This document shows, one piece after another, positions 38,026-47,983 of a stretch of 64,000 nucleotides of DNA; the first letter of the stretch is position 1, and every line of letters starts with the position of its first letter. The translations under genes and the position numbers were made by a program. The stretch lies in the NCBI GenBank assembly GCA_014297435.1, contig JACOQA010000002.1, forward strand, positions 128,001 through 192,000, read 5' to 3'. Under the pieces are notes generated by a model. That model saw only the letters and a list, made by a program, of their open reading frames with translations. It was not told where the DNA came from and searched no databases. Source of the stretch: Candidatus Nanohaloarchaea archaeon. GTDB lineage: Archaea > Nanohalarchaeota > Nanosalinia > Nanosalinales > Nanosalinaceae.

Positions 38026-38966
38026 TCGGTATACACTACGGAGAGCCCCATGAGGTCCACAAGGTGTGGATGGATGCGGTAGGTGAGACCAAGAGACTTG
38101 ATATCGACCACGAACCATCGATAACCAACATAATTCGTTATGCTTTAAAGGTCCGGGAAGTTCCTGATGCCGATGTTATAATCTGCGAAGGCGGAGTCGA
38201 ACTGAGGACTGCCGTCGTGAAGAAACTATTGAACCCGGGAACGAAGATAGTCCGATTGGTCGCGGACCAAGGTCTTTACGAAGTCGAGGAAAAAGATCGG
38301 AATGGTTTCGAGCAAAAGCTTCTGAATCGTTTTGTCGATGGAGCGATCACCAACTCAGAGTTCATGAAGAACTATGCTGAAAAATTCATCGATGCGCCGA
38401 TAGAAGTCGTTCATCCTTTTGTACCCGATCTTGAAAGATATCTTGAGAACAATAGAGAGTACAAAGAGACACAGGAAATCTGCTTCGTCGGCTACAACTA
38501 TCCAAACAAGAACGTCGATGTACTGGTTGAAGCAGTGAAAGATCTCGACGTTAAGCTGCACATAGTTGGGAAAGGTCACGATCAACGTGACGATGAAAAC
38601 GTTATCGTCCATGGTTTCGTCGATGATCTCGAAGAAGTCTACGATCGTTGTGATATCTACGTTCAGCCTTCGGACGGTGATGCGTTCGGAGTGGCACCGG
38701 CCGAAGCGATGGCATACGGAATACCTACAATCGTCACCGATACCACAGGGATCAAAAACTTGATCGGAGAATTAGATGAAAAATTAGTTGCGGAAACATC
38801 AGTCAAAGGAATAAAGGGCGCGATCAAAAGTTTCTACGAAAAAAGCTTCGATGAAAGAAACCAGCTATCGGAAAAGATGAGAGAGAAAGTTTCGGTACTT
38901 TCGAAAGACAGAAGCCAGAAAAGCTTTAGAGACAAGTTCGAGAAAATTGTGGAGGATAAGATATGA
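37971..38966 (+). CDS. Glycosyltransferase family 4 (start uncertain)
   Basis: FVGYNYPNKN, DAFGVAPAEAMAYGIP. Confidence 0.88.
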   Translation: MGENSRGNSRGVQTIRKVVGIHYGEPHEVHKVWMDAVGETKRLDIDHEPSITNIIRYALKVREVPDADVIICEGGVELRTAVVKKLLNPGTKIVRLVADQGLYEVEEKDRNGFEQKLLNRFVDGAITNSEFMKNYAEKFIDAPIEVVHPFVPDLERYLENNREYKETQEICFVGYNYPNKNVDVLVEAVKDLDVKLHIVGKGHDQRDDENVIVHGFVDDLEEVYDRCDIYVQPSDGDAFGVAPAEAMAYGIPTIVTDTTGIKNLIGELDEKLVAETSVKGIKGAIKSFYEKSFDERNQLSEKMREKVSVLSKDRSQKSFRDKFEKIVEDKI

Positions 38967-40030
38967 GAATACTTTTTATGGAAAGATGGACCTCTGATCC
39001 TAGAGGAGGAACAGAGTCAATAAAAACCCTTTTTGAGGAAGTAAGCAAAGAACACGAAACGAAGTTCATATGGAGAGGCAACAGAAAAACCGAGGAGGGC
39101 GAGGAAGCCGCCAAGCTTTATTCGAACTCTATCAGCCCTTACGTACCTTTGGAAGTTGAGAAATTATTGCTTTTCCTTGAACCTCAACTTACCGGTCTCT
39201 ACGAAAGAATCGACGAATTTGATCCCGATCTGATAGTTACGCAGTCAGAGTCCTCATATATTGCAGTTAAGTACGCTCAGGAAAACGACTGCCGATCATG
39301 CGTGTTCTTGAGAGCATGGGAGCTTCTCTACGCTTCCGAAAAAACTCACGGAGGAAATATGATCGTCTCCAAAATTGCGAACTCGGCTATAAGGCCTTTA
39401 AACAAAAGGCTGGCCGACTATTGCCTCGAGAATGCCGATATTCTTGTAGCTAATAGCAAATATACTGCCGGAGTGTATGAGGATTACATAGAGAGAGATC
39501 CCGAAGTAGTCTATCCCTTTGTTGATCTTGAGAAGTATAGAACGGAGCCTGGCGAAAAGATTCTCCATGTAAATCCCTCGAAGGATAAAGGAATTGATCT
39601 GACTCTTGATGTTGCCGAGGGAATGCCGGAAGAACATTTTATTATCGCTGGAAACCCTAGCAGCGAAATAGCTGAAAGAATAGAGGGTCTTGAAAACGTT
39701 GAATGTCTTGGATATGTAGAGGATATGAAAGAGGCATATTCTCAGACCAAGATTGCATTAGTTCCATCAAAATGGGATGAACCCTTTGGGAGAATACCTA
39801 TTGAAGCAGGAGCTTCCGGTATACCTACGGTAGCCAGCGATCGAGGAGGTTTGCAAGAGTCAGTCGGAGAAAAAGCGCTCCTAGCTCTTAATCAAAAACC
39901 GGAAAGTTACATCGAAAAGATTCGACAAGTAGATGAGAGCTATGAAGAATATTCCGGGAAAGCCAAGAAAAATGCTGAGGAGAAGAAGATAGACCATCAG
40001 ATTAATAGATTTTTGAATTTAATTAGTTGA
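38963..40030 (+). CDS. Glycosyltransferase family 4
   Basis: KGID, EPFGRIPIEAGASGIP. Confidence 0.92.
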   Translation: MRILFMERWTSDPRGGTESIKTLFEEVSKEHETKFIWRGNRKTEEGEEAAKLYSNSISPYVPLEVEKLLLFLEPQLTGLYERIDEFDPDLIVTQSESSYIAVKYAQENDCRSCVFLRAWELLYASEKTHGGNMIVSKIANSAIRPLNKRLADYCLENADILVANSKYTAGVYEDYIERDPEVVYPFVDLEKYRTEPGEKILHVNPSKDKGIDLTLDVAEGMPEEHFIIAGNPSSEIAERIEGLENVECLGYVEDMKEAYSQTKIALVPSKWDEPFGRIPIEAGASGIPTVASDRGGLQESVGEKALLALNQKPESYIEKIRQVDESYEEYSGKAKKNAEEKKIDHQINRFLNLIS

Positions 40031-40151
40031 TTCTCATTTTTTAATGAAGTAGAGCAGGCAGAAGAGCTGAGAAAGAAAAAGCAGTTAGAGAGAAATAGGG
40101 GCTTAAAAGCTATTATTCAAGGGCTAAATAGTGTTTCTGAAGGTCGAGGAG

Positions 40152-40922
40152 TTATCTTTTAACCTTTATGTGGTTCTCGCTCTCTCGACTTCCTACATCA
40201 TATAGCTTGAATTCTTTATCTTTCAAGAATTTCTTTAGTTCTGCTTCTGAACCGCCGAACTTCTTGATTCTGTCTCCATGAAGTTCGATGAATAGAGTGT
40301 TTGCGGTTTCTAAGGTTTTTTCTAAACCCTTTAGAACTTCCAGTTCTGCACCTTCTACATCTATCTTGATTACGTCGGGTTGTTCAATTTCATGTTCGCT
40401 GATGAAGTCGTCTCCTTTCCAGGTCTCTGTACTCATATCTCCTTGATTAGATATACTTGCCTCACCTTCTCCTGCTTCTCCTGATTCTTCTTTTAGCATC
40501 ATCTCTGAATTTTGATTCATCAGTGCGACTTCGAAGACTTTACCGTTAATGCTGTTGAGTTCAAAGTTTCTTCTCAGATGCTCTGCGTTTTTCGGGAAGG
40601 GCTCGAAGCCGTAGACTTTGGCTCCTGTTTTACCTGCAAAGCAAGCATGTGTTCCAATATTGGCGCCTATATCATAGAACGTATCAGATTCATCAAGTTC
40701 TTCTATTATGGATTTAATGACAGGTTTTTCGTCTTTGAAGTTCTTTACCCGGTTGTATTCGGTTGGAGAAGTAATGGTGAAGTTACAGGAGATTTCATTT
40801 ATCTCTGTTGTTTTTCTGCCTTTCCGGAGCGTAAACTCTTGCTTCAGAAAAGAAGCTACATATCGTATCTTCCCAGGATTCTTAACAAGTTTCAGTACTT
40901 TTTTAGAATATCTTTTTATCAT
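40152..40922 (-). CDS. FkbM family methyltransferase
   Basis: YDIGANIG, FEP, IKIDVEGAELEVLKG, IELH. Confidence 0.93.
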   Translation of the reverse strand: MIKRYSKKVLKLVKNPGKIRYVASFLKQEFTLRKGRKTTEINEISCNFTITSPTEYNRVKNFKDEKPVIKSIIEELDESDTFYDIGANIGTHACFAGKTGAKVYGFEPFPKNAEHLRRNFELNSINGKVFEVALMNQNSEMMLKEESGEAGEGEASISNQGDMSTETWKGDDFISEHEIEQPDVIKIDVEGAELEVLKGLEKTLETANTLFIELHGDRIKKFGGSEAELKKFLKDKEFKLYDVGSRESENHIKVKR

Positions 40923-40942
40923 TGGATGATCTCTGATACAAT

Positions 40943-41774
40943 ATGTCGCTTTATTCTTTTTACAAGAAATGGGTCCTTCCGAAAATCGAGACTCGCCGTG
41001 GATCAAATTTCATCTGTCGACATCTAAAGAAGTTGTCTCTAGGCAGTCTGGAGTCTGTTCCAGTATCAGAGAGAGAGAGAAGGGATAGGAGACAAAGAAT
41101 GGGATAATCTGATAATATTGGATGCGTGTCGGCACGATCTTTTCGAGGAGGTTGTAGGGGAATCCGATTACCGTTATTCTCTAGGCTCCAATTCTTCTGA
41201 ATTTGTAGAAAAGAATTTTTCTGAAGGAGATTGGTCTGATACTGTTTATGTGACAGCTAATCCACATTTTCACAAGACTCATTTTGAAAGTTTAACAGGA
41301 AAGAAGGCCGAGGAAGTATTCCATGAAGTTTTTCATACCTATGAGACAGACTGGAATAAAGACGAAAGAACTATTATGCCTGAAGATGTAGCTCGCGATG
41401 CTGAAACTGCAGCAAACCTATTTCCTGATAAGAAACTAATTATACATTTTATGCAGCCGCATTATCCCTTTCTCAATTCCGATTTAGAGGAAAGCGGTAT
41501 CAGAATAGTTGATGGAGAGGGCGGAAAAACTATTTGGGAGAGAGCTGAAAGGGGGGAAATAGATAAGAGAGAAGTGCGGGGTGCTTATAAGAGAAATCTC
41601 GAAATCGTAATGGAGTATGTAAAAGACTTGAATTTAGAAGGGACGACTAGGGTTACTGCTGACCATGCTAACTTGTTTGGAGAAGGAGGAATATATGGTC
41701 ATCCGAAGGAGGCTCACGTTAAGCCCCTACTTAGGGTACCATGGTACGATTTAAAGGCCGCTAGGGCCAATTGA
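40943..41774 (+). pseudogene. Alkaline-phosphatase-superfamily (LDACR type) gene frameshifted at an (AG)6 tract
   Basis: N-terminus MSLYSFYKKWVLPK... from ATG 40943 resembles those of the paralogues; the WDNLIILDAC core is in another frame after the tract at 41068-41080. Confidence 0.8.
41068..41080 (+). repeat. (AG)6A microsatellite at the frameshift
   Basis: AGAGAGAGAGAGA. Confidence 0.9.
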
Positions 41775-43056
41775 TGCCTTTTGTGATTCCATCATCTAGT
41801 TTATGTCTAATTTTCCTTCCTTCTATTATCAAAGCTTCATCCATACTCTTTAGGTCCTTTCTGCTTATCTGATTGAATTCTGCCCAGTCTGTCACTATAA
41901 GTGCTGCGTTCGAGTTCTCTATCGCTTTCTGGTAGCTTTCCGTGTACTCGATGTCGGGATGTCTTTCTTTCATGTTCTGGATTGCTTCTGGGTCATAGGC
42001 TTTAACATCAGCTCCTTTCTGTTTTAGTTCGGAGATTATATCGATTGCCGGACTCTGTCTTATATCGTCTGTTCCCGGTTTGAAAGCAAGTCCGAGAATC
42101 GCAACTGTCTTATTTTCAAGGCTGGGATAGTGTTCCTCTAGTAAATCTACGAGCCTGGTTTTCTGTTTCTCATTAACCTCTATAGTGCTCTCCGTTATCT
42201 TTGGGTCAACATTGTTTTTCTCCATGAAGTTGATTAGAGCTCTAACGTCTTTCGGGAAGCAAGATCCGCCGAAACCAGCTCCGGAGTCAAGAAAGCTCCT
42301 CTCTATCCGAGAGTCCATTCCGATTCCGTCTGCAACCTCGTAGACATCAATTCCAAGCTCTTTGCACATGTTTCCGATCTCGTTTATGAAAGATATTTTT
42401 GTTGCGAGTAAAGAGTTCGAGGCATACTTGATAAGCTCTGCAGCCTTTAGAGATGTCCTCATAATTGGAGCTTCGAACCCTTCGTAGACCTTCTCTAAGG
42501 TTTCTCCAGACTTTTCATCTAGCTCGCCAATAACTATTCTATCGGGTTCAAGAAAGTCGTTCAAAGCTGTTCCCTCTCTGAGGAACTCAGGGTTCATACA
42601 GACTCCGAAGTCCTTGCCCACTTTCTTTCCTGAAACTTCTTCGAGTATGGGTATTATCTCTTCCTCGGTGGTTGTCGGTACAACGGTGCTTTTCACGACA
42701 AAGACGTGGTAGCTGTCTTTGTTCTTAATTCCGTGAGCTGCGTCTTTGGTCGCTTGTTTGATGTAGTCGAGATTGATGTCCCCATCATCTTTCATGGGGG
42801 TACCAACAGCTAAAAATGTTATATCAGAGTCTCTTATTGCTTCTTCTGTATTGGTTGTTGCCCTGAGTTTATCTTCCGAAACCATCTTTTCTAGAAGTTC
42901 GGGCAGATCTTCCTCGTAGATCGGACATTCTCCGCTATTAATCTTATCGACTTTCTCTTGGTCGATGTCGATACAGGTCACATCGTGTCCTTTTGAGGCC
43001 AGCCCTGTTCCCGCGGGCAGACCTACGTAGCCGGTTCCGACGATACTTATATCCAT
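41761..43056 (-). CDS. ugd: UDP-glucose 6-dehydrogenase (AglM-like)
   Basis: GTGYVG, KSTV, NPEFLREG, GFGGSCFPKD, LGLAFKP. Confidence 0.95.
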   Translation of the reverse strand: MDISIVGTGYVGLPAGTGLASKGHDVTCIDIDQEKVDKINSGECPIYEEDLPELLEKMVSEDKLRATTNTEEAIRDSDITFLAVGTPMKDDGDINLDYIKQATKDAAHGIKNKDSYHVFVVKSTVVPTTTEEEIIPILEEVSGKKVGKDFGVCMNPEFLREGTALNDFLEPDRIVIGELDEKSGETLEKVYEGFEAPIMRTSLKAAELIKYASNSLLATKISFINEIGNMCKELGIDVYEVADGIGMDSRIERSFLDSGAGFGGSCFPKDVRALINFMEKNNVDPKITESTIEVNEKQKTRLVDLLEEHYPSLENKTVAILGLAFKPGTDDIRQSPAIDIISELKQKGADVKAYDPEAIQNMKERHPDIEYTESYQKAIENSNAALIVTDWAEFNQISRKDLKSMDEALIIEGRKIRHKLDDGITKGINWP

Positions 43057-43109
43057 AAACATCAAATTTGAGAACAGCCATTTAAGCCTCTCGACCGAAA
43101 GTATTCTTA

Positions 43110-43835
43110 ATGAAAGGACTCATACCTGCGGCAGGTAAAGGTACACGGATGAAGCCTTTCACAAAGGCTTACCCTAAAGAGCTTCTGCCTGTTGGTGAAA
43201 AAGCCGTTATTGAACATGCAATAGAAGACCTCAAAAACGCAGGTATAGAGGAAATAGTAATTGTAGTAGGATGGAAGCAACACGCAATCCTTGACTACCT
43301 AGGTTCGGGTAAAGAAATAGGAGTTCAGTTAACTTATGTTGTTCAAGACGATAGAAATGGTCTTGCTGGTGCGGTCAAAGCGGGAGAGCATGTTATCGGT
43401 GATGAAGAATTTGCAGTTATTCTTGGAGACAATTATGTCGACAACAAGAAGTCCATGAAGGATATAGTCAATTTTCATGAAGAAAAAAACATGGATGCCA
43501 CTATAGGAACTTTCAAGCCCGACGATATAACCTCTTATGGGGTTATAGATCCTGGAGAGAACAATATTGTTAAGAGGATGGTTGAGAAACCTTCTAAAGG
43601 GGAGGCGCCTTCAAACATCGCGATCTCCGGAATGTATGTCTTCAAACCCGAAATCTTCAATACCATAGAAAAAATAGGGAGGGGCAAGGGCGACGAATAC
43701 CAGTTAACTGATGCGATTGACAAAATGAGGCAAAACGGTTCAAAAGTTGGCTACAGGAATATAAAGGGATCAAGGATTGATGTGGGGACGCCTGAAAGAC
43801 TGAGAGAGGCAAACAGAGAGTTTGATTTGAGGTAA
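43110..43835 (+). CDS. Sugar-1-phosphate nucleotidyltransferase (AglF/RfbA-like)
   Basis: PAAGKGTRM...PKELLP, LGDN, EKP, YQLTDA. Confidence 0.93.
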   Translation: MKGLIPAAGKGTRMKPFTKAYPKELLPVGEKAVIEHAIEDLKNAGIEEIVIVVGWKQHAILDYLGSGKEIGVQLTYVVQDDRNGLAGAVKAGEHVIGDEEFAVILGDNYVDNKKSMKDIVNFHEEKNMDATIGTFKPDDITSYGVIDPGENNIVKRMVEKPSKGEAPSNIAISGMYVFKPEIFNTIEKIGRGKGDEYQLTDAIDKMRQNGSKVGYRNIKGSRIDVGTPERLREANREFDLR

Positions 43836-43840
43836 TCGAT

Positions 43841-44647
43841 ATGAGCGCGGCTTTCGAGATATACAAGTACTATAGATATAAGTTCTATTCAAAGTACAGT
43901 CATCTAAAGGGCGCCACTTTCCTCCACCGTCAACTCAAAACTCTAGCTCAGAAAGGAATCGAGAAGTTTGATGGCAAAAGCGAATCCATTTTCGAAAAGA
44001 ATGACTGGGATAATTTGATTATTCTTGATGCTTGTCGATACGATCTATACAGGGAGGTAAACGGAGAAGTGGAAAAACGCATAACTCTTGGAAGCGACTC
44101 CCGTCAGTTTATAGAGGAAACATTCTCGGAGGGTGATTTCTCTGATGTGGTTTATGTCACCGCGAACCCGCATTTCTCCGCCTCAAACTTCAGAGAAAAC
44201 ATCGGAAGAGATGTCGAGGAAACATTCCACGAGGTATACCATACGTACGAGACGGACTGGAGTGAGGAAAACGGAACGGTGATGCCAGAGGCAGTGGTCA
44301 GGGATGCCAAGAACGCCAAAAAGCTTTTCCCGGATAAGAAACTGATAATTCACTTTATGCAGCCTCATCATCCGTTTGTTAACTTCGATATCGGAGATGA
44401 TACGGTTGAAAGCAATCCGTGGAGTCTTGCGGAGAGAGGGAAGCTTTCTGAGGAAAAGGTCTGGAAAATGTACCGAGACAATCTCGAGTTCGTGATGCCT
44501 TTCGCCGAACAGCTCTCGGAAGAACTTGGTGGAACTACCGTAATAACAGCAGATCACGGAAACCTGTGTGGTGAAAACGGGCTCTACCACCATCCTTACG
44601 GATCCGATGCTAAAGGCTTGAGGGAAGTTCCGTGGGATAAGAGGTGA
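43841..44647 (+). CDS. Alkaline phosphatase/sulfatase superfamily protein (LDACR type)
   Basis: LDACRYD, GSDS, HFMQPHHP, TADHG, YHHP. Confidence 0.82.
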   Translation: MSAAFEIYKYYRYKFYSKYSHLKGATFLHRQLKTLAQKGIEKFDGKSESIFEKNDWDNLIILDACRYDLYREVNGEVEKRITLGSDSRQFIEETFSEGDFSDVVYVTANPHFSASNFRENIGRDVEETFHEVYHTYETDWSEENGTVMPEAVVRDAKNAKKLFPDKKLIIHFMQPHHPFVNFDIGDDTVESNPWSLAERGKLSEEKVWKMYRDNLEFVMPFAEQLSEELGGTTVITADHGNLCGENGLYHHPYGSDAKGLREVPWDKR

Positions 44648-45480
44648 AAAGATTGATTTGGACTAAATTGCATCGGATTTATTCTCATTATATTTTTCCC
44701 AAGGTAAAACACATCAGAGGAACCCATAGACTGATGACCGCAATTCTAAGTAGAGCCTGTGATACTTTGCCTAAAGCGGATGAAGAAGCAATTAAGATCG
44801 AGGAAATAAATTATGATAATTTGATAATTCTTGATGCTTGTCGATACGATCTTTATCAACAAGTAACTGGTAAAAAAGATTATAGAATCTCTACGGGAAG
44901 TAGCTCAAGAAACGTTGTTAAGAGGAATTTTTCAGAAGGCGACTGGTCCGATACCGTGATGATAACAGCAAATCCACACTTTAGTGATCGGCTCTTTGAA
45001 GAAATTACAGGAAGAGAATCGGATCAGGTATTTCACACGGTATTCAAATTATTCAACACGGAATGGAGTGAGGAGGAAGGAACTGTTCTTCCTAGGGATA
45101 TGGTAGATACTGCCCTAACTGCAGAAAAATTGTTCCCTGGTAAGAAAAAGATAATATGGTTTATGCAACCTCACTGCCCATTTATTCCTCTAGAATCTGA
45201 GGAATTAGATAATATTGAGGGTTTAGATTCGGAGGAAAATATCTGGGATAAGGCTGAGCGAGGGAAAATCGGAGATGAAATGCTTTGGACAGCTTACCTA
45301 AATAATCTGAAGTACGTGATGAAGGAGGTAGACGAACTAATAGATAAATTGGAAGGCAGAAGCGTAATCACTTCTGATCACGGCAACCTTGTAGGGGAAA
45401 GTGGTCTTTATGGACATCCTTTAGGTCAGGAAACAAAGGTTCTTAGAAAAGTACCTTTTGATGTCAGAGATCAGAATTAA
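44644..45480 (+). CDS. Alkaline phosphatase/sulfatase superfamily protein (LDACR type)
   Basis: LDACRYD, GSSS, FMQPHCP, TSDHG, YGHP. Confidence 0.82.
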   Translation: MKRLIWTKLHRIYSHYIFPKVKHIRGTHRLMTAILSRACDTLPKADEEAIKIEEINYDNLIILDACRYDLYQQVTGKKDYRISTGSSSRNVVKRNFSEGDWSDTVMITANPHFSDRLFEEITGRESDQVFHTVFKLFNTEWSEEEGTVLPRDMVDTALTAEKLFPGKKKIIWFMQPHCPFIPLESEELDNIEGLDSEENIWDKAERGKIGDEMLWTAYLNNLKYVMKEVDELIDKLEGRSVITSDHGNLVGESGLYGHPLGQETKVLRKVPFDVRDQN

Positions 45481-45505
45481 AACCATCTGAGGTGATTGGA
45501 TTACT

Positions 45506-46924
45506 ATGACAACCTATATTATAGGAATGGATGGGATGGATAAGCAAATTGTAGAAGAGAATATAGAGGAGTTTCCTAATCTGTCCGAATTAACTATAAC
45601 GGGTCTTGAATCGGTAACGCCGCCGATCACAGTCCCTGCATGGGCATGCTCGTTTTCAGGTTTGAATCCGGATAAGCTTGAGACTTTCGACTTCCAGATG
45701 GTTGACGTCAAGACCTATGAGTTCAGCCCGGCGAACCACGAGTTCTTGCAGAAGAAAGGCTTCTGGAACTACTGGAACGACTCCTCAACCATCTTCTCGA
45801 TACCAGGAACCGAGACACCGAAACTTGATGGTTATTCGCTTGGAGGGTTCTTCGACCTCGAGAACCTGGAAACGCATCCTGAAAGCCTGAGAGACGAAAT
45901 CGAAGAGGAGATCGGTGAGATAGAGATCACAAACATGTTCGACCTCAACAGTGAGAAAGAGAGAAGAGAGGCAGCCTATCACAACTTCGAGGTAAGGAAG
46001 AAAATATTCGATCTGTTATTAGAGAAAAACTCTGATGTTTACTTCCCGGTATTCAGACTTCCGGACACCATGATGCACCACACCGATAGTGAGAAGCACA
46101 TGGTCGAATCCTACAGAGAGGTAGATTCATTCGTAGGTGAGCTCAGAGACAAGATGAGCGAAGACGATAACCTGCTAATAGTGTCGGATCACGGCGCTGT
46201 AAAAGCTAAGAGAAGGTTCTTCATCAACACATGGCTCAAGCAAAATGGTTTTGCAAAGCAGAAGGAGGGAGAGGAGAATTCCTTCCTAGATGATTTGGCG
46301 ATGAAGCTGGGCGATATAGGTCAGAGACTTGGATTCAGAGATCTACTCGTAAAGCTAAATAATTTGGCGCAGGAGAAAGCCGGCAAGAACTTCGCACCTA
46401 GAAAGACCAAAGCTCTTGACTCGATGGCCTGGCAGGAGACGGAAGCGTTCTCTTACATGACAGGGGTCTGCGCATACGCAGGAATCTGGATAAACGATGA
46501 ACGTTTCTCGAAGGGAGTAGTTGAAAATACTCAGGAAAAGAAGCAGGAGATCGCATCAGAGCTGGAGAAAAGGAAGGAGGTAAACAAGGTTCGCTTTAGG
46601 GAAGAGGTATACGAGGAAGATATAGAGAAGTTCCCTGACCTTATAGTAGAGTTCTATGAAGACACGAAAGCAGCGTTGGGCTTTCATCCTGAGGTTACAG
46701 CAAGCGTCTCCAGCTATATGCACAGAAAAGAAGGCGTTTTAATGGCGGAAGGATCTAATATAGTCGATTCAGATGAGGAAGCTGAGCTTATCGATTTGGC
46801 GCCGACCTTGCTTCACCTACACGATTACCCTGTTCCGAATCACATGGACGGAGAAGTTCTAGAAATGGTCAAGAAGGGAGATGTGGAGAAAGAGGTGTCG
46901 GAGGTGGCAGGTCTCGATATATGA
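45506..46924 (+). CDS. Type I phosphodiesterase/nucleotide pyrophosphatase-like (AP superfamily)
   Basis: GMDG, PPITVPAW..SGLNP, DTMMH, VSDHG, IDLAPTLL..MDGEVL. Confidence 0.85.
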   Translation: MTTYIIGMDGMDKQIVEENIEEFPNLSELTITGLESVTPPITVPAWACSFSGLNPDKLETFDFQMVDVKTYEFSPANHEFLQKKGFWNYWNDSSTIFSIPGTETPKLDGYSLGGFFDLENLETHPESLRDEIEEEIGEIEITNMFDLNSEKERREAAYHNFEVRKKIFDLLLEKNSDVYFPVFRLPDTMMHHTDSEKHMVESYREVDSFVGELRDKMSEDDNLLIVSDHGAVKAKRRFFINTWLKQNGFAKQKEGEENSFLDDLAMKLGDIGQRLGFRDLLVKLNNLAQEKAGKNFAPRKTKALDSMAWQETEAFSYMTGVCAYAGIWINDERFSKGVVENTQEKKQEIASELEKRKEVNKVRFREEVYEEDIEKFPDLIVEFYEDTKAALGFHPEVTASVSSYMHRKEGVLMAEGSNIVDSDEEAELIDLAPTLLHLHDYPVPNHMDGEVLEMVKKGDVEKEVSEVAGLDI

Positions 46925-47703
46925 TTGCCAAGATCTACAAGTTCTATCACTCGGAGTTCTATGAAAGGTTCAACCATCTAAAGGGAGCGCATTTCCTGAA
47001 CCGGAAGCTTAGCAGTCTGATAGACTTGGAGCTCGAAACAGTAGATGAAGAACCGACTCATATACGTGAGAGGGAGTGGAAGAACCTGATAATACTCGAT
47101 GCACTAAGGTATGATATTTACTCGGAGAAGTTCTCGGAATCTGACAGCATCACAAGCGTAGGGAGCCATTCTCGTGAGTTTATTAAGAACACCTTCTCCG
47201 AAGGAGACTGGTCCGACACTGTGCTCGTGACGGCGAACCCTCATCACTCCCCTGAATGGTTCGAGAACGCTACTGACAGAAAAATCGAAGATACCTTCCA
47301 TGCGATCTACAGGACTTATGAAACGGACTGGTCAAATGAAGGATCAGTCGGAGCTGATAACCTCGTGAGAGATGTGAAGAGCGCTAGGAAACTTTTTCCG
47401 GATAAGAAGATTATTGTTCACTTCATGCAACCTCACGCACCATTAGTCGGTTCCGATAAAGATACAGGTCATATAAGGTCTATGGGTGAGGGATCGAGAG
47501 AAGAGGCCGTTAAAGCTTACAGAGAAAACCTCGACTATGTTTTGGAGTATGTGAACGAACTAATGGAGTTCTTCGATGGTAGAACAGTAGTAACAGGAGA
47601 TCACGGTGAGTTGCTTGGAGAATGCGATTTTTACTTTAGACATTTCTACGGTCTAAACGCGAAACCTGTAAAGCAAGTACCTTGGCATTTAATTAACGAA
47701 TAA
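46921..47703 (+). CDS. Alkaline phosphatase/sulfatase superfamily protein (LDACR type)
   Basis: LDALRYD, GSHS, HFMQPHAP, TGDHG. Confidence 0.82.
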   Translation: MIAKIYKFYHSEFYERFNHLKGAHFLNRKLSSLIDLELETVDEEPTHIREREWKNLIILDALRYDIYSEKFSESDSITSVGSHSREFIKNTFSEGDWSDTVLVTANPHHSPEWFENATDRKIEDTFHAIYRTYETDWSNEGSVGADNLVRDVKSARKLFPDKKIIVHFMQPHAPLVGSDKDTGHIRSMGEGSREEAVKAYRENLDYVLEYVNELMEFFDGRTVVTGDHGELLGECDFYFRHFYGLNAKPVKQVPWHLINE

Positions 47704-47770
47704 CTTTTGCCTTTGGACAGGAAGCACACCTTATTAAACTGCTTCAACATCAAGTCAAACGTGAGCGATT

Positions 47771-47983
47771 ATGGTAAAGATCGAAGTTGATGACGATATT
47801 TACAGCGTCTTAGAAGCCAGAGCTGCTGAAAAAGATTATGCGGAAACTGAAGAGTATATTGAATATCTTCTGAAGCAGATTGTTGATAAGATCAAAAGAG
47901 AGAAGCAGGAGGACGAAGGTTATTCAGAAGAGGAGGAAGAAAAGGTCAAAGAGAGACTAAAGGATCTGGGCTATTTGGACTGA
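47771..47983 (+). CDS. Small CopG/RHH-like protein with RLxxLGY tail
   Basis: MVKIEVDDDIY...; ends EEKVKERLKDLGYLD. Confidence 0.78.
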   Translation: MVKIEVDDDIYSVLEARAAEKDYAETEEYIEYLLKQIVDKIKREKQEDEGYSEEEEEKVKERLKDLGYLD

